A stretch of 64,000 bases of DNA from Micrococcales bacterium UBA7469 (GTDB taxonomy: Bacteria > Actinomycetota > Actinomycetes > Actinomycetales > Microbacteriaceae). Shown here piece after piece: positions 40,830-51,403 of the stretch (the stretch's first letter is position 1; the number at the start of each line of letters is the position of its first letter). The stretch lies in the NCBI GenBank assembly GCA_002479805.1, contig DLPB01000025.1, forward strand, positions 3,625 to 67,624. The letters are read 5' to 3'. Made by a program: the position numbers and the translations under genes. Under the pieces are notes generated by a model, which did not search any database, was not told the DNA's origin, and saw nothing but the letters and a program-made list of their open reading frames with translations.

Positions 40830-41993
40830 GTGGCACAGACACCGAACTATCAGGCAGTAATCAAGGTCGTTGGCGTTGGTGGCGGTGGTGTGAATGCACT
40901 GAACCGCATGATTCAGTCTGGGCTGCGCGGCGTTGAGTTTGTTGCGGTGAACACCGACGCACAGGCGCTTCTGATGAGCGATGCAGACGTAAAGCTAGAC
41001 ATCGGCCGTGACATCACTCGCGGTCTTGGAGCTGGTGCTGACCCAGAGGTTGGTCGTCGCGCTGCCGAGGAGCACGAAAATGAGATTGAGTCTGCCCTCA
41101 AGGGAGCAGACATGGTGTTCGTAACTGCCGGCGAGGGTGGTGGTACCGGTACCGGAGCAGCTCCAGTAGTGGCCAGAATTGCCAAGCGCCTCGGTGCTCT
41201 AACCGTTGGTGTGGTAACCCGCCCATTCAACTTCGAGGGCAAGCGCCGTGCCGTGCAGGCTGATGAAGGTATCCGTGCACTTCGTGCCGAAGTGGACACC
41301 TTGATCGTGGTTCCAAACCAGCGACTGCTAGAGATGTCTAACAAGAAGATTTCGGCCATCGAAGCCTTTATCACTGCCGACGATGTGCTTCGTGCCGGTG
41401 TCCAGGGCATCAGCGATTTGATCGTGATCCCAGGCCTCATCAACCTCGACTTCAACGACGTCAAGTCGGTGATGCAGGGCGCTGGAAGCGCGCTGATGGG
41501 AATTGGTACCGCCAAGGGTGAGGACCGTGCCGTTCGCGCCGCAGAGATCGCTGTTTCTTCTCCGCTGCTTGAGGCAACCATCGAGGGCGCACACGGCGTG
41601 CTGCTTTTGGTTCAGGGTGCTTCAGACCTCGGACTGCACGAAATTGACGATGCAGCCCGCCTGGTCCAGGAAGCAGTTCACCCGGAGGCCAACATCATCT
41701 TTGGTGCCACCATTGAAGACACCTTGGGAGACGAAGTTCGCATCACCGTTATCGCCGCTGGCTTTGATGGCGGCGAGCCGACCTACCGCAAGTTTGAGGC
41801 ACCGGCTGCCGTCACCATCCCAGTTGCCGAAGCGGTAGCTCCGGTTCAGGAATACGGGGTAGCCGAGGCGGCGCAGGAGCTTCCAACCAGCGAACAGCTA
41901 ATTCAGAGCGAGACTTTGGTTTCTGCTCACAGCGTCCCAAACTCCAACGGTCAGTTCGGTGACGATTTGGATCTTCCTGAATTCTTCCGTTGA
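40830..41993 (+). CDS. ftsZ: Cell division protein FtsZ
   Basis: GGGTGTG tubulin signature, [15 protein letters not shown] tail; start moved to GTG 40830 after AGGAGG. Confidence 0.99.
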   Translation: MAQTPNYQAVIKVVGVGGGGVNALNRMIQSGLRGVEFVAVNTDAQALLMSDADVKLDIGRDITRGLGAGADPEVGRRAAEEHENEIESALKGADMVFVTAGEGGGTGTGAAPVVARIAKRLGALTVGVVTRPFNFEGKRRAVQADEGIRALRAEVDTLIVVPNQRLLEMSNKKISAIEAFITADDVLRAGVQGISDLIVIPGLINLDFNDVKSVMQGAGSALMGIGTAKGEDRAVRAAEIAVSSPLLEATIEGAHGVLLLVQGASDLGLHEIDDAARLVQEAVHPEANIIFGATIEDTLGDEVRITVIAAGFDGGEPTYRKFEAPAAVTIPVAEAVAPVQEYGVAEAAQELPTSEQLIQSETLVSAHSVPNSNGQFGDDLDLPEFFR

Positions 41994-42685
41994 GCCAACT
42001 AGCTTCTAGATACCAACAGGTGCTGGCAAAAATTGCCAGTGCCTGTTTGGCTTCTGGTCGACCTGCTGATTCGGTTGAATTGGTTGCAATCACCAAAAAC
42101 CACCCCGCTGAGCTGGTGGCAGAGTTGCTCGATTTGGGTCAACTGCAGTTTGGCGAAAACCGTGATCAGGAAGCCGCTCCAAAAAGCGCAAGATTGCAAG
42201 AGCTTAGACCTGCGAGCAATCCAACCTGGCACTTTGTGGGGCAACTTCAGAGCAATAAGGTCAAGTCTGTTCTTCGCTACGCAAGGGTGATCCACTCAAT
42301 TGACCGGCCATCGCTTGTTAGTGAGCTGGCCAAGCAGTTACCCAAGTTCGAAGGCAGCTACTCTGGTTTTATTGAACTCAATTTGACTTCGGACCCAGGT
42401 CGCGGCGGAGTCATGCCTGAGAACCTTTCGGCTTTGGCTCAATCGGTCTTAGAGCTTGAGAATTTTGAACTCTTAGGCGTGATGGCAGTTGCTGGTTTGG
42501 GCGAGGACCCCAGAAGCGAGTTTGAAAAGGTGCTTCGAGCGTCTGACGAACTGCAGCGGCTAGCCCCGCGGGCAAGCGCACTTTCAATTGGAATGAGCGA
42601 GGACTTCGAGGTCGCGATTTCTATGGGTGCGACACACATAAGAGTTGGCTCAGCAATCACGGGCCCAAGGCCTACTAACGCTTAG
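41990..42685 (+). CDS. yggS: YggS-family PLP homeostasis protein
   Basis: [36 protein letters not shown]. Confidence 0.94.
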   Translation: MSQLASRYQQVLAKIASACLASGRPADSVELVAITKNHPAELVAELLDLGQLQFGENRDQEAAPKSARLQELRPASNPTWHFVGQLQSNKVKSVLRYARVIHSIDRPSLVSELAKQLPKFEGSYSGFIELNLTSDPGRGGVMPENLSALAQSVLELENFELLGVMAVAGLGEDPRSEFEKVLRASDELQRLAPRASALSIGMSEDFEVAISMGATHIRVGSAITGPRPTNA

Positions 42686-42707
42686 TCTTGAAGCAATCTA
42701 AGGAGTA

Positions 42708-43103
42708 ATGATGGGCGCACTTAATTCAGTTATGACTTTCTTTGGGTTTGGATCTGCCGAACCACAGAAGGTTGAGACGAGCAGTGCAAAGCCTCGTCCG
42801 GCTGCAGCTCGACCACGTCGCGGTTCCGAAATGTCGGAAATCATCACCCTTGAGGCTCAGACCTACGCAGATTCCAAGGAAGTTGCTTTCCACTACCGCC
42901 AAGGCGTTCCGGTAATCGTAAACATCGGTGCCATGAGCGAGGCAGATGCCAAGCGCATGCTGGACTTCATGCTTGGTTTGAAGGAAGCCCTTGAGGGTCA
43001 GATCCGTCGCGTCACCCCGAAGGTATTTTTGCTAAGCCCTAGCCACGTTGAGGTCAATGACGGTGAGCAGGAAGCTAGCGAGTCCGACAACCTGCTTGAC
43101 TAA
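42708..43103 (+). CDS. sepF: Cell division protein SepF
   Basis: PVIVNI, AKRMLDF..GL, KVFLLSP; ftsZ-yggS-sepF-yggT-divIVA order. Confidence 0.9.
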   Translation: MMGALNSVMTFFGFGSAEPQKVETSSAKPRPAAARPRRGSEMSEIITLEAQTYADSKEVAFHYRQGVPVIVNIGAMSEADAKRMLDFMLGLKEALEGQIRRVTPKVFLLSPSHVEVNDGEQEASESDNLLD

Positions 43104-43105
43104 GC

Positions 43106-43390
43106 ATGGCACTTTTAGGCACCATCCTCTACTGGGCTTTTCAGCTCTTCATCTACGCTATGTTCGCGCGGTTTATTGTTGAGTTCATCATGTCGGTGAA
43201 CCGCAGCTGGCGTCCCCCTGCAATCTTGATGCCGGTGATTGACTTCGCATTCACAATTACCGACCCACCGCTGAAACTGGTCAGGAGATTTGTACCACCG
43301 CTGAGGTTGGGTGTGATTGCCCTCGATTTGGCTTGGACAATTGTGTTTATTGCGGCACTTTTTCTTCAGCGTTTGGCTCTGAGCCTCTAA
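43106..43390 (+). CDS. yggT: YggT-family membrane protein
   Basis: TDPPLK..RR..PPLRLG...DL motif. Confidence 0.9.
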   Translation: MALLGTILYWAFQLFIYAMFARFIVEFIMSVNRSWRPPAILMPVIDFAFTITDPPLKLVRRFVPPLRLGVIALDLAWTIVFIAALFLQRLALSL

Positions 43391-43441
43391 GGCGAATAAC
43401 ATAGTGCAAGCGCTTTTGCGCTGTATCAGGAAGGTGCAACC

Positions 43442-44149
43442 ATGGCGCTGACGCCCGAAGAAGTTGTAAACAAGAGATTTACCATCGTCAAGTTCCGCGA
43501 GGGCTATGACCAGGACGAAGTCGATGACTTCCTTGACGCCGTTGTTGTTGAACTGCGCAGACTCGGCACCGAGAACGACGAGCTACGTCAGCAGCTACAG
43601 GTTGCCAAGGCCCAGGCAGATGCCGCGCCGGCCGTATCCGCTTCAGATTCCCCAGTTGCCCCAGTGGTAGCGGCAGCCGTTCCTAGCGCCGCTGAAGCCA
43701 GCAACTCGCACAGCCTGCTGGAGCTTGCTCGCAAGCTACACGAGGAGCACGTTCGCGAGGGTCTGACCAAGCGCGATCAGCTTATTCGCGATGGCCAGGA
43801 GAACTCGGCCCGTCTGGTTCGAGACGCCGAAGCACAGGCCAGAGCAGTTCTAGGTCAGCTAGAGCTCGACCGTAAGGCGATTGAAAACACCATCGACGAA
43901 CTGCGCGAGTTCGAGCACGACTATCGTGGTCGTCTGCGCGAGTACATCGAGTCGCAGCTCACCACCTTGATCCGCGAGGAGTCCTTCGAGCAGCCTCTTG
44001 AGGCCGCAGCGAAGATTGAATTTGCCGCCATCACCGAGGTGGCCGCTGAGCCAGTTGCCGAGGTCGAGGACGACGAAGACGAGCTCGAAGCGGTTGTTAC
44101 CTCGAGCGATGTCGAGGATGAAGACGAAACTCGAAGTGAGCGCAACTAA
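43442..44149 (+). CDS. divIVA: DivIVA/Wag31 polar growth protein
   Basis: LTPEEV..KRF...FREGYDQDEVDDFLD, coiled coils, FEHDYRGRL. Confidence 0.95.
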   Translation: MALTPEEVVNKRFTIVKFREGYDQDEVDDFLDAVVVELRRLGTENDELRQQLQVAKAQADAAPAVSASDSPVAPVVAAAVPSAAEASNSHSLLELARKLHEEHVREGLTKRDQLIRDGQENSARLVRDAEAQARAVLGQLELDRKAIENTIDELREFEHDYRGRLREYIESQLTTLIREESFEQPLEAAAKIEFAAITEVAAEPVAEVEDDEDELEAVVTSSDVEDEDETRSERN

Positions 44150-44630
44150 AGCTAGAACCCTCCTGTTCCTCGGAATTGGTGTCGTCTTAGTTTTTATTGA
44201 TCAGTTGACCAAGGAGCTTGCGATTGCGGCTCTTTCGGATGGCTCAGTCGTTTCTGTGGTGGGTGAGTTACTTCGTTTTCGCCTGGTATACAACGACGCC
44301 GCAGCATTCTCACTGGGCGTCGGCCAGACCTGGGTGTTAGCCCTAATCGCGATCGGTGCCGTGCTGGCGCTTCTGTGGTTCGGACCCAAGGCCAAGAACG
44401 TCACCTGGAGCGTTATTGCCGGTTTTGTGCTCGGTGGAGCTGCTGGCAATCTGGTTGACCGCCTGACTCGCGAACCAGGATTCCTAAACGGCCACGTGGT
44501 TGATTTCATATCGATCCCGTTCAACTTTCCAATTTTCAATTTGGCTGACACCTTTTTGGTAATCGGGGTCTCGCTGGCGATGATTAGAACCTTGATGGGC
44601 GATGAAGTGGGCGGCAAGGTTGCCAAGTAA
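44118..44630 (+). CDS. lspA: Lipoprotein signal peptidase (start approximate)
   Basis: DQLTK, NDAAAFS, GAAGNLVDR, VVDFI, FNLAD. Confidence 0.94.
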   Translation: MKTKLEVSATKARTLLFLGIGVVLVFIDQLTKELAIAALSDGSVVSVVGELLRFRLVYNDAAAFSLGVGQTWVLALIAIGAVLALLWFGPKAKNVTWSVIAGFVLGGAAGNLVDRLTREPGFLNGHVVDFISIPFNFPIFNLADTFLVIGVSLAMIRTLMGDEVGGKVAK

Positions 44631-45555
44631 GTACCTTCCTGTTCCCGATTCTCTAATTGGCGAGCGAGCTGATGCAGCGCTTGCAAAAATGCTCGGTATA
44701 AGCAGGTCTCAGGCGGCTGAACTGCTCACCCAGGGTGCGGTGGTTTGCTCGGGCAAGCTGCTTGGCAAATCCGACCGACTGGAAATGGATCAGATCATCG
44801 AGGTTGAGCTGACTGAGAGATCAGCCGAACCAGAGGTTGTCGCCGAAGACGTATCCGATCTCAAGGTTGTATTTCAGGACGAACACATCATTGTTATCGA
44901 TAAGCCTGCCGGCGTGGTCTCGCACCCGTCCTTGGGGTTTGTGGGTCCCAGCGTCCCCGGTGTGCTACTTGCCAGAGGGATTCAATTGGCTACCTCAGGA
45001 GCTCAAGAACGCCAGGGTATCGTGCAGCGGCTAGACGTTGGCACCAGCGGCCTAATGGTTTTGGCCAAGGGGGAGCGCGCGTATTCAGTGCTAAAGCAAG
45101 CGTTTCGGGATCGTGAGGTAAAAAAGACCTACCACGCTTTGGTGCAAGGCCACCCAGATCCGGCCCAAGGGACGATTGATACCCCGATAGCTAGAAGTAC
45201 CAAGCACGATTACAAGTTCACCATTTCGGCCGATGGCAAGCATGCCGTGACGCACTACCGAACCATTGAGCTACTGCCTTCGGCAGCCCTGATGGAGATT
45301 GGTCTTGAGACCGGCAGAACTCACCAAATTAGGGTGCACTTCGCACATTTTCGCCATCCGCTAGTTGGCGATCCGCTCTACGGCAGTGATCCCAAGCTAG
45401 CGGCTGCGCTAAAGCTTGATCGGCAATGGCTGCACGCCCACAAACTTGCCTTTTCGCACCCGATTTCTGGGGATTGGGTCGAATTTGAAAGCGAGTATCC
45501 AGCAGAATTGAAACTCGCCCTTGACCGACTCAGAGATGTGAATTTTCGGCTCTAG
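44620..45555 (+). CDS. rluD: RluA/RluD-family pseudouridine synthase
   Basis: S4-like N-terminus, DKPAG, QRLDVGTSG, ETGRTHQIRVH, GDPLYG. Confidence 0.92.
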   Translation: MPSKYLPVPDSLIGERADAALAKMLGISRSQAAELLTQGAVVCSGKLLGKSDRLEMDQIIEVELTERSAEPEVVAEDVSDLKVVFQDEHIIVIDKPAGVVSHPSLGFVGPSVPGVLLARGIQLATSGAQERQGIVQRLDVGTSGLMVLAKGERAYSVLKQAFRDREVKKTYHALVQGHPDPAQGTIDTPIARSTKHDYKFTISADGKHAVTHYRTIELLPSAALMEIGLETGRTHQIRVHFAHFRHPLVGDPLYGSDPKLAAALKLDRQWLHAHKLAFSHPISGDWVEFESEYPAELKLALDRLRDVNFRL

Positions 45556-45590
45556 GCTTAGGGCCCGTCGTTGAATAAGTGGAGGTGAAA

Positions 45591-48500
45591 ATGAGCGATT
45601 CTTTCGTCCATTTGCACAACCACACCGAGTATTCAATGCTCGATGGCGCAGCCCGAATCAAGCAACTTGTAGCAAAGGCTGCCAAGCTCGAGATGCCAGC
45701 CATTGCCATGACCGATCACGGTAATGCTCACGGCGCGTATGAGTTTTGGAATCAGGCCACAAATCACGGCATCAAACCGATCATTGGCATCGAGGCTTAT
45801 GTTGCTCCAGGTAGTCGCCGAGAGAAATCGAAGGTGCGCTGGGGCAGTGGCGGTGACGATGACGTCTCCGGTGGCGGTGCCTATTCGCATATGACGATGT
45901 GGGCCACCGACAACAACTCGATGCAGAACTTGTTTCGCTTGTCCTCCGAGGCCTACCTATCCGGCTACTACTTCAAGCCCCGTATGGACCGTGAGCTACT
46001 GCACAAATACGGCAAGGGTCTGATTGCCACCACCGGTTGCCCCGGTGGTGAGGTGCAGACCCGAATTCGACTCGGGCAATACAAGGAAGCGCTTGAGACC
46101 GCGGCTGAATTCCGCGACATCTTTGGAGAGGGAAACTTCTTCGTCGAGCTAATGGATCACTCGCTCGATATTGAGAAGCGGGTCCGTGAAGATCTCGTGA
46201 AACTTGCTAGAGACCTAAATTTGCCACTGGTTGCTACCAATGACCTGCATTACACCGAACCAGAGGATGCCCACGCCCATGACGCGCTGCTCTGCGTTCA
46301 GGTGGGATCAAATCTCTATGACGAGAATCGCTTCAAGTTTGAATCTCAGGAGTATTACCTAAAGTCAGCTGCCGAGATGAGGGCAGTCTTCAAAGAGTTG
46401 CCGGAGGCTTGCGACAACACCCTGTTGATTGCGGAGCGCTGTGAGGTCAGCTTCGAAAAACGCGACCTAATGCCACGGTTCCCGGTCCCAGAGGGTGAGA
46501 CCGAGAGTGGCTGGTTTGAAAAAGAAGTTTGGCGCGGGATGGATCGTCGCTTCCCAGCTGGCTATTCCGATCGTCACAAGCAGCAGGCTGCTTATGAAAT
46601 TGACGTCATCAGAAACATGGGCTTCCCAGGCTACTTCCTGGTGGTTTCTGACTTCATTGCTTGGGCTAGGGAACAGGGTATTCGCGTCGGCCCAGGCCGA
46701 GGCTCGGCCGCCGGATCGCTCGTGGCTTTTGCGCTCGGCATTACCGAACTAGACCCACTGGCTCACGATCTAATCTTTGAGCGTTTTTTGAACCCAGAGC
46801 GACTATCGATGCCCGATATCGATGTTGACTTTGACGATCGCCGCCGCCCGGAGGTAATTCGCTACGTAACCGACAAATACGGCGATGACCGAGTTGCGCA
46901 AATTGTCACCTTTGGAACCATTAAGGCGAAGCAAGCGCTAAAAGATGCCGCTCGAGTCTTGGCAATGCCTTACTCGGTGGGGGAGAAGCTGACCAAGGCG
47001 ATGCCTCCTATGGTGCTAGGTCGTGACGTGTCGCTAAACGAACTGGTGGATCCAAGTGCGGAGCGCTATTCCGAGGCTGCGGAATTTAGAGAAATTATAG
47101 AAACCGATGAAGACAGTCAAAAAGTCTTCGATCTTGCGCAGGGTCTTGAGGGGCTAAAGCGGCAGTGGGGTGTGCACGCTGCCGGTGTCATCATGTCCGC
47201 CGAGCCACTTATGGATGTAATTCCAATCATGAAGCGCGAGGAAGACGGCGCCATCATCACACAGTTCGATCAGCCACCTTGTGAATCGCTCGGGCTTTTG
47301 AAGATGGACTTCTTGGGCCTTCGCAACCTCACTGTGTTGGACGACGCCCTTTTTAACATCAAGCTCAATCGCGGTGAGACGGTGGTACTAGAGGATCTTG
47401 ACCTCAACGCCGATGAGAAGACATTCGAACTGCTATCCCGCGGTGACACCCTGGGGGTATTTCAGCTCGACGGTGATGCAATGCGGCAGCTACTTAGGCT
47501 GCTCAAGCCAACCGAGTTCGAGCACATCTCGGCAGTAATTGCGCTTTATCGCCCGGGTCCAATGGGCATGAATTCGCACATCAACTATGCCCAGCGCAAA
47601 AATGGCCTGCAGCAGTCTGAGGGAGTGCACCCAGAGCTCACCGAACCGCTCAGTGAGATTCTGGACCCCACCTACGGCCTGATCGTTTATCAGGAGCAGG
47701 TAATGGCGGCCGCTCAGAAGGTGGCGGGTTACTCACTCGGTCAAGCAGACCTATTGCGACGTGCCATGGGTAAGAAGAAGCCCGAAGAGCTGGATAAACA
47801 GCTTGAGGTATTCCGTTCCGGAATGAAGGCCAACGGCTTCTCAGACGGCGCGATCAAGGCACTGTGGGACACCTTGCTACCGTTCGCTGACTACGCTTTC
47901 AATAAGGCCCACTCGGCCGGCTACGGGGTGCTGAGCTATTGGACCGGTTATCTTAAGGCCAATTACCCCGCCGAATACATGGCGGCGCTGCTGACCTCGG
48001 TTGGTGACTCCAAGGACAAGCTCGCGGTCTATCTCAATGAGTGCCGTCGAATGGGCATAAAGGTTTTGCCACCGGATGTGAATCAATCAATCAGCGGCTT
48101 TGCTGCGGTTGGCGATGACATCCGCTTCGGCCTAAGCGCAATTCGCAACGTTGGAAAAAACGTGGTGGACGCGATCGTTGAGGCTAGGTCAGAAGCCCCG
48201 TTCGACTCGTTCCAGGATTATCTGACCCGGGTCGCATCTCAGGCATCCACCAAGCGCTGCGTTGAGTCGCTGATTAAAGCCGGGGCTTTTGACTCGCTCG
48301 GGCACACCAGGCGCTCCTTGATTGCAGTTCACGAGGAGGCCATTGACGCATCAGCCGTATTGAAAAAACAGGCGGCAACCGGTCAGGTGGATTTGTTTGG
48401 CGGAATGTTTGATGAAGATCCTGCCATGGTGCCAATTCCAAACCTTCCGGAGTGGACCAAGCGTGATCTTCTAGCTCATGAGCGCGAGATGTTGGGTCTG

Positions 48501-49082
48501 TATGTTTCTGACCATCCGCTAGCCGGCCAGGAAGCCCTTTTGATGCGTCACTCGGATATGGGCACCATCGCACTCAAAGAAAGCGATGTCAAAGATGGCG
48601 AGTCAGTCACTCTCGCCGGCCTGATAACCCAGGTTCAGCACAAGGTCGCAAGGGCTTCGGGTAACCCCTATGGCCAGGTTGTTCTGGAGGACTTCTCTGG
48701 AGAAATCTCGATCATGTTCATGGGCAAGACCTACCTGGAGAATCGCGAGCTTCTGCGCACCGACCAGACTGTTTCAATTCGCGGTCGAGTGCAGCGTCGT
48801 GATGAAGAAATCATGCTCTCGGCATACTCGATTGATGTTTTGGAGGCAGGTCGCGAACAGGGCGGGGTATTGGTGATCACGGTTCGTGAAGCTATGGCTA
48901 CCAAAACCAAGCTGCAAAAACTATCCGAAATCCTCTCCGCACACCCGGGCCCAGTCGAGGTTCAGCTCAAGATGCAAAACGGCGGAGAATCGAAGCACTT
49001 CCTGTTGCCGCAGCGAATTGCCGTCGGTCATGACCTGTTCGGTGAGATCAAGGCCCTGATGGGCCAAGATGCGGTGAACTAA
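45591..49082 (+). CDS. dnaE: DNA polymerase III alpha subunit (DnaE1)
   Basis: PHP domain HLHNHTEYS, GRGSAAGS, PDIDVDF, KMDFLGL, YAFNKAH; start moved to ATG 45591 after GGAGGTG. Confidence 0.98.
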   Translation: MSDSFVHLHNHTEYSMLDGAARIKQLVAKAAKLEMPAIAMTDHGNAHGAYEFWNQATNHGIKPIIGIEAYVAPGSRREKSKVRWGSGGDDDVSGGGAYSHMTMWATDNNSMQNLFRLSSEAYLSGYYFKPRMDRELLHKYGKGLIATTGCPGGEVQTRIRLGQYKEALETAAEFRDIFGEGNFFVELMDHSLDIEKRVREDLVKLARDLNLPLVATNDLHYTEPEDAHAHDALLCVQVGSNLYDENRFKFESQEYYLKSAAEMRAVFKELPEACDNTLLIAERCEVSFEKRDLMPRFPVPEGETESGWFEKEVWRGMDRRFPAGYSDRHKQQAAYEIDVIRNMGFPGYFLVVSDFIAWAREQGIRVGPGRGSAAGSLVAFALGITELDPLAHDLIFERFLNPERLSMPDIDVDFDDRRRPEVIRYVTDKYGDDRVAQIVTFGTIKAKQALKDAARVLAMPYSVGEKLTKAMPPMVLGRDVSLNELVDPSAERYSEAAEFREIIETDEDSQKVFDLAQGLEGLKRQWGVHAAGVIMSAEPLMDVIPIMKREEDGAIITQFDQPPCESLGLLKMDFLGLRNLTVLDDALFNIKLNRGETVVLEDLDLNADEKTFELLSRGDTLGVFQLDGDAMRQLLRLLKPTEFEHISAVIALYRPGPMGMNSHINYAQRKNGLQQSEGVHPELTEPLSEILDPTYGLIVYQEQVMAAAQKVAGYSLGQADLLRRAMGKKKPEELDKQLEVFRSGMKANGFSDGAIKALWDTLLPFADYAFNKAHSAGYGVLSYWTGYLKANYPAEYMAALLTSVGDSKDKLAVYLNECRRMGIKVLPPDVNQSISGFAAVGDDIRFGLSAIRNVGKNVVDAIVEARSEAPFDSFQDYLTRVASQASTKRCVESLIKAGAFDSLGHTRRSLIAVHEEAIDASAVLKKQAATGQVDLFGGMFDEDPAMVPIPNLPEWTKRDLLAHEREMLGLYVSDHPLAGQEALLMRHSDMGTIALKESDVKDGESVTLAGLITQVQHKVARASGNPYGQVVLEDFSGEISIMFMGKTYLENRELLRTDQTVSIRGRVQRRDEEIMLSAYSIDVLEAGREQGGVLVITVREAMATKTKLQKLSEILSAHPGPVEVQLKMQNGGESKHFLLPQRIAVGHDLFGEIKALMGQDAVN

Positions 49083-49600
49083 GAGTTCTCGGCCAGGCGT
49101 TCGGTAGCGGTTAGATAGCCGCGCTGGAAGTAAAGCAGCGGCCTAGTCTGCTCCATGGGCTCGGTGCCGTGCAGGATATCGAGTATCACAACGGCGTTGC
49201 TCTCCACCTCAAAGCGCTCGCGAACCTTGCCGATCAGGATGCTGGAGGCTTCCCTGAAGACAGGCACCTTCCCGATAAGCTCAAAGTCAGCGTCGGTGAA
49301 TCGGTTTTCTTTCGGGCCAGCCATGCGCTGGGCAAGCGACAAATTCTTTGCGCAAAGCGTGTGTAGCGCCACTTCGCGACCTATCACCAGCTGCGGATAG
49401 CTCGATGATCCGCGCGCGATGTTGAACGACACCAGCGGCGGGTTTGAGCCAAGCGAAGTTACGGAAGTCGCGGTGAAGCCGATCGGCAGCCCATCGTTGT
49501 CATGCGAGGTGATGATTGCGACTCCGGAGGCATGGGTTCGGAAGGCGGCCTTTAGGGCATCTGAACCAATCACGGGAAAATTCAAGGATTCTGTAGTCAT
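49079..49600 (-). CDS. Flavin reductase family protein
   Basis: AFRTHASGVAIIT, GFTATSVTSL..NPPLVSFN, PLLYFQRGY. Confidence 0.88.
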   Translation of the reverse strand: MTTESLNFPVIGSDALKAAFRTHASGVAIITSHDNDGLPIGFTATSVTSLGSNPPLVSFNIARGSSSYPQLVIGREVALHTLCAKNLSLAQRMAGPKENRFTDADFELIGKVPVFREASSILIGKVRERFEVESNAVVILDILHGTEPMEQTRPLLYFQRGYLTATERLAENS

Positions 49601-49649
49601 CTCCCGATAAGGTTAGGGCATTACTTCTCCGCAGAAAACCAGAGGTAAA

Positions 49650-50957
49650 GTGCGCGTCGTAGAAATCTCAGGTCCTATTACCCAGGATCAAATTCGCACT
49701 GCATTGCCCAGGGCATCGGTCAGCATCGAGCGGGCGCTTGAGACTGTAATTCCTCTGATCGAAGACATTAAAACCAATTCGCTGGCTGCAGTTTTAGAGC
49801 AGGCCGAGCGCTTTGACGGGGTTAGGCCAGAGCACATCCGGGTCCCGCAGCAGATTATGGACCAAGCGCTTTCTGAGCTCGGTGCAGAACTTCGGGCAGC
49901 AATCGAAGTGGCAATTTCTCGAGTTCGCAAAGTTTCCGTCGCTGGTGTGCCGAAGGATTTTCAGGTTGAGCTGGCGCAGGGTGCCGTGGTGTCTCAGCGA
50001 TACGTTCCGGTTGATTCGGTTGGGCTATATGTTCCAGGTGGCAAAGCCGTGTATCCATCCAGTGTGGTCATGAATGCGGTAGCTGCGCAGGCCGCCGGCG
50101 TGCCCCGAATTGCTATCGCATCTCCGGCTCAAAAAGAGTTTTCCGGTCTGCCGCACCCGACTATCCTCGCCACCGCTGCGCTTTTAGGCGTTGAAGAGGT
50201 ATACGCGATTGGTGGGGCGGCTGCGGTGGCAGCGTTTGGCTATGGAATCAAGGAAATTGGGCTTGAGCCGGTTCGAATGGTCACTGGCCCTGGCAACATT
50301 TATGTTGCGGCGGCAAAGCGCGCTCTGCGGGGTCTAATCGGAATCGATTCTGAGGCCGGCCCCACCGAAATCCTCATAATCGCAGATCAAAACGCCAACC
50401 CCGCCAACCTCGCGGCTGACCTGATCTCGCAGGCGGAACATGATGAAAATGCCGCCGCGGTGCTGGTTACCGATAGCTCGGAACTGATTGCAAAGGTCCA
50501 AATCGAACTTGAGCACCAAGTTGCTAAAACCCACAATCGCGAGCGGGTCCGGAAATCTCTGTCGGGGATTCAGTCCGCTTTGGTGCTGGTTCCGGATCTT
50601 GGGACAGCGGTTGCCGTGAGCAACGAATATGCAACCGAACACCTGGAAATTCAAACTTCAAATCCTGAAGCGCTAGTGGCTGAGATCACCAACGCGGGTG
50701 CAATTTTTGTGGGCGATTACTCCCCGGTAAGCCTTGGCGACTACCTTGCTGGCAGCAATCACGTCCTACCTACGGGGGAGCAGGCCAAATTTGGTCCAGG
50801 GTTAGGTGTTCACACCTTCTTGCGCCCGCAGCAGATCATCAACTACTCCAAGGCTGCTCTCAAGCAGGCGGTGTCTCAGCTAGACACCTTCGCCAAGGCC
50901 GAGGGCCTGAGTGCTCACGGTGATGCCGCCAAAATTCGATTCCCCGGAGGTAACTAG
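49650..50957 (+). CDS. hisD: Histidinol dehydrogenase
   Basis: [42 protein letters not shown]. Confidence 0.97.
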   Translation: MRVVEISGPITQDQIRTALPRASVSIERALETVIPLIEDIKTNSLAAVLEQAERFDGVRPEHIRVPQQIMDQALSELGAELRAAIEVAISRVRKVSVAGVPKDFQVELAQGAVVSQRYVPVDSVGLYVPGGKAVYPSSVVMNAVAAQAAGVPRIAIASPAQKEFSGLPHPTILATAALLGVEEVYAIGGAAAVAAFGYGIKEIGLEPVRMVTGPGNIYVAAAKRALRGLIGIDSEAGPTEILIIADQNANPANLAADLISQAEHDENAAAVLVTDSSELIAKVQIELEHQVAKTHNRERVRKSLSGIQSALVLVPDLGTAVAVSNEYATEHLEIQTSNPEALVAEITNAGAIFVGDYSPVSLGDYLAGSNHVLPTGEQAKFGPGLGVHTFLRPQQIINYSKAALKQAVSQLDTFAKAEGLSAHGDAAKIRFPGGN

Positions 50958-51400
50958 TGTTCTGTCCATTTTGCAGGCATGCGGATTCGCGAGTAATTGA
51001 CTCTAGAACCTCCGATGATGGTTCTGCGATTCGCCGCAGAAGGCAGTGTCCTGCCTGCCAGAAGCGCTTCACTACCTTGGAGACCGCATCGCTGATGGTC
51101 ACCAAGCGCAGTGGTGTAACCGAACCGTTTTCCCGAGACAAGATCGTGTCAGGCGTTAGAAAAGCCTGCCAGGGCCGCCCGGTAACCGATGCCGATTTGG
51201 CACTGCTGGCGCAGCAGGTTGAAGAGACGCTGCGATCCTCAGGCGCGGCCACTATCGAGGCACAAGATATCGGCTTGGCCATCTTGGAACCATTGCGACT
51301 ATTAGACCACGTCGCCTTTATGCGCTTTGCTTCGGTTTATCAGGCCTGGGACTCCCTGGCTGATTTTGAGCAGGCAATCGCTGAGTTGCGGGGGAGCTAG
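50957..51400 (+). CDS. nrdR: Transcriptional repressor NrdR
   Basis: CPFC...RRRRQCPAC zinc ribbon, ATP cone, RFASVY. Confidence 0.97.
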   Translation: MFCPFCRHADSRVIDSRTSDDGSAIRRRRQCPACQKRFTTLETASLMVTKRSGVTEPFSRDKIVSGVRKACQGRPVTDADLALLAQQVEETLRSSGAATIEAQDIGLAILEPLRLLDHVAFMRFASVYQAWDSLADFEQAIAELRGS

Positions 51401-51403
51401 ATC

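Noticed and set aside
40913..41581. 222-aa minus-strand ORF and many similar antisense or alternate-frame ORFs
   Set aside because: Shadows of conserved genes expected from GC-rich codon bias; Ser/Ala/Pro/Arg-rich without motifs
45591..49082. Intein in dnaE
   Set aside because: Length about 1160 aa with continuous polymerase motifs; no insertion seen
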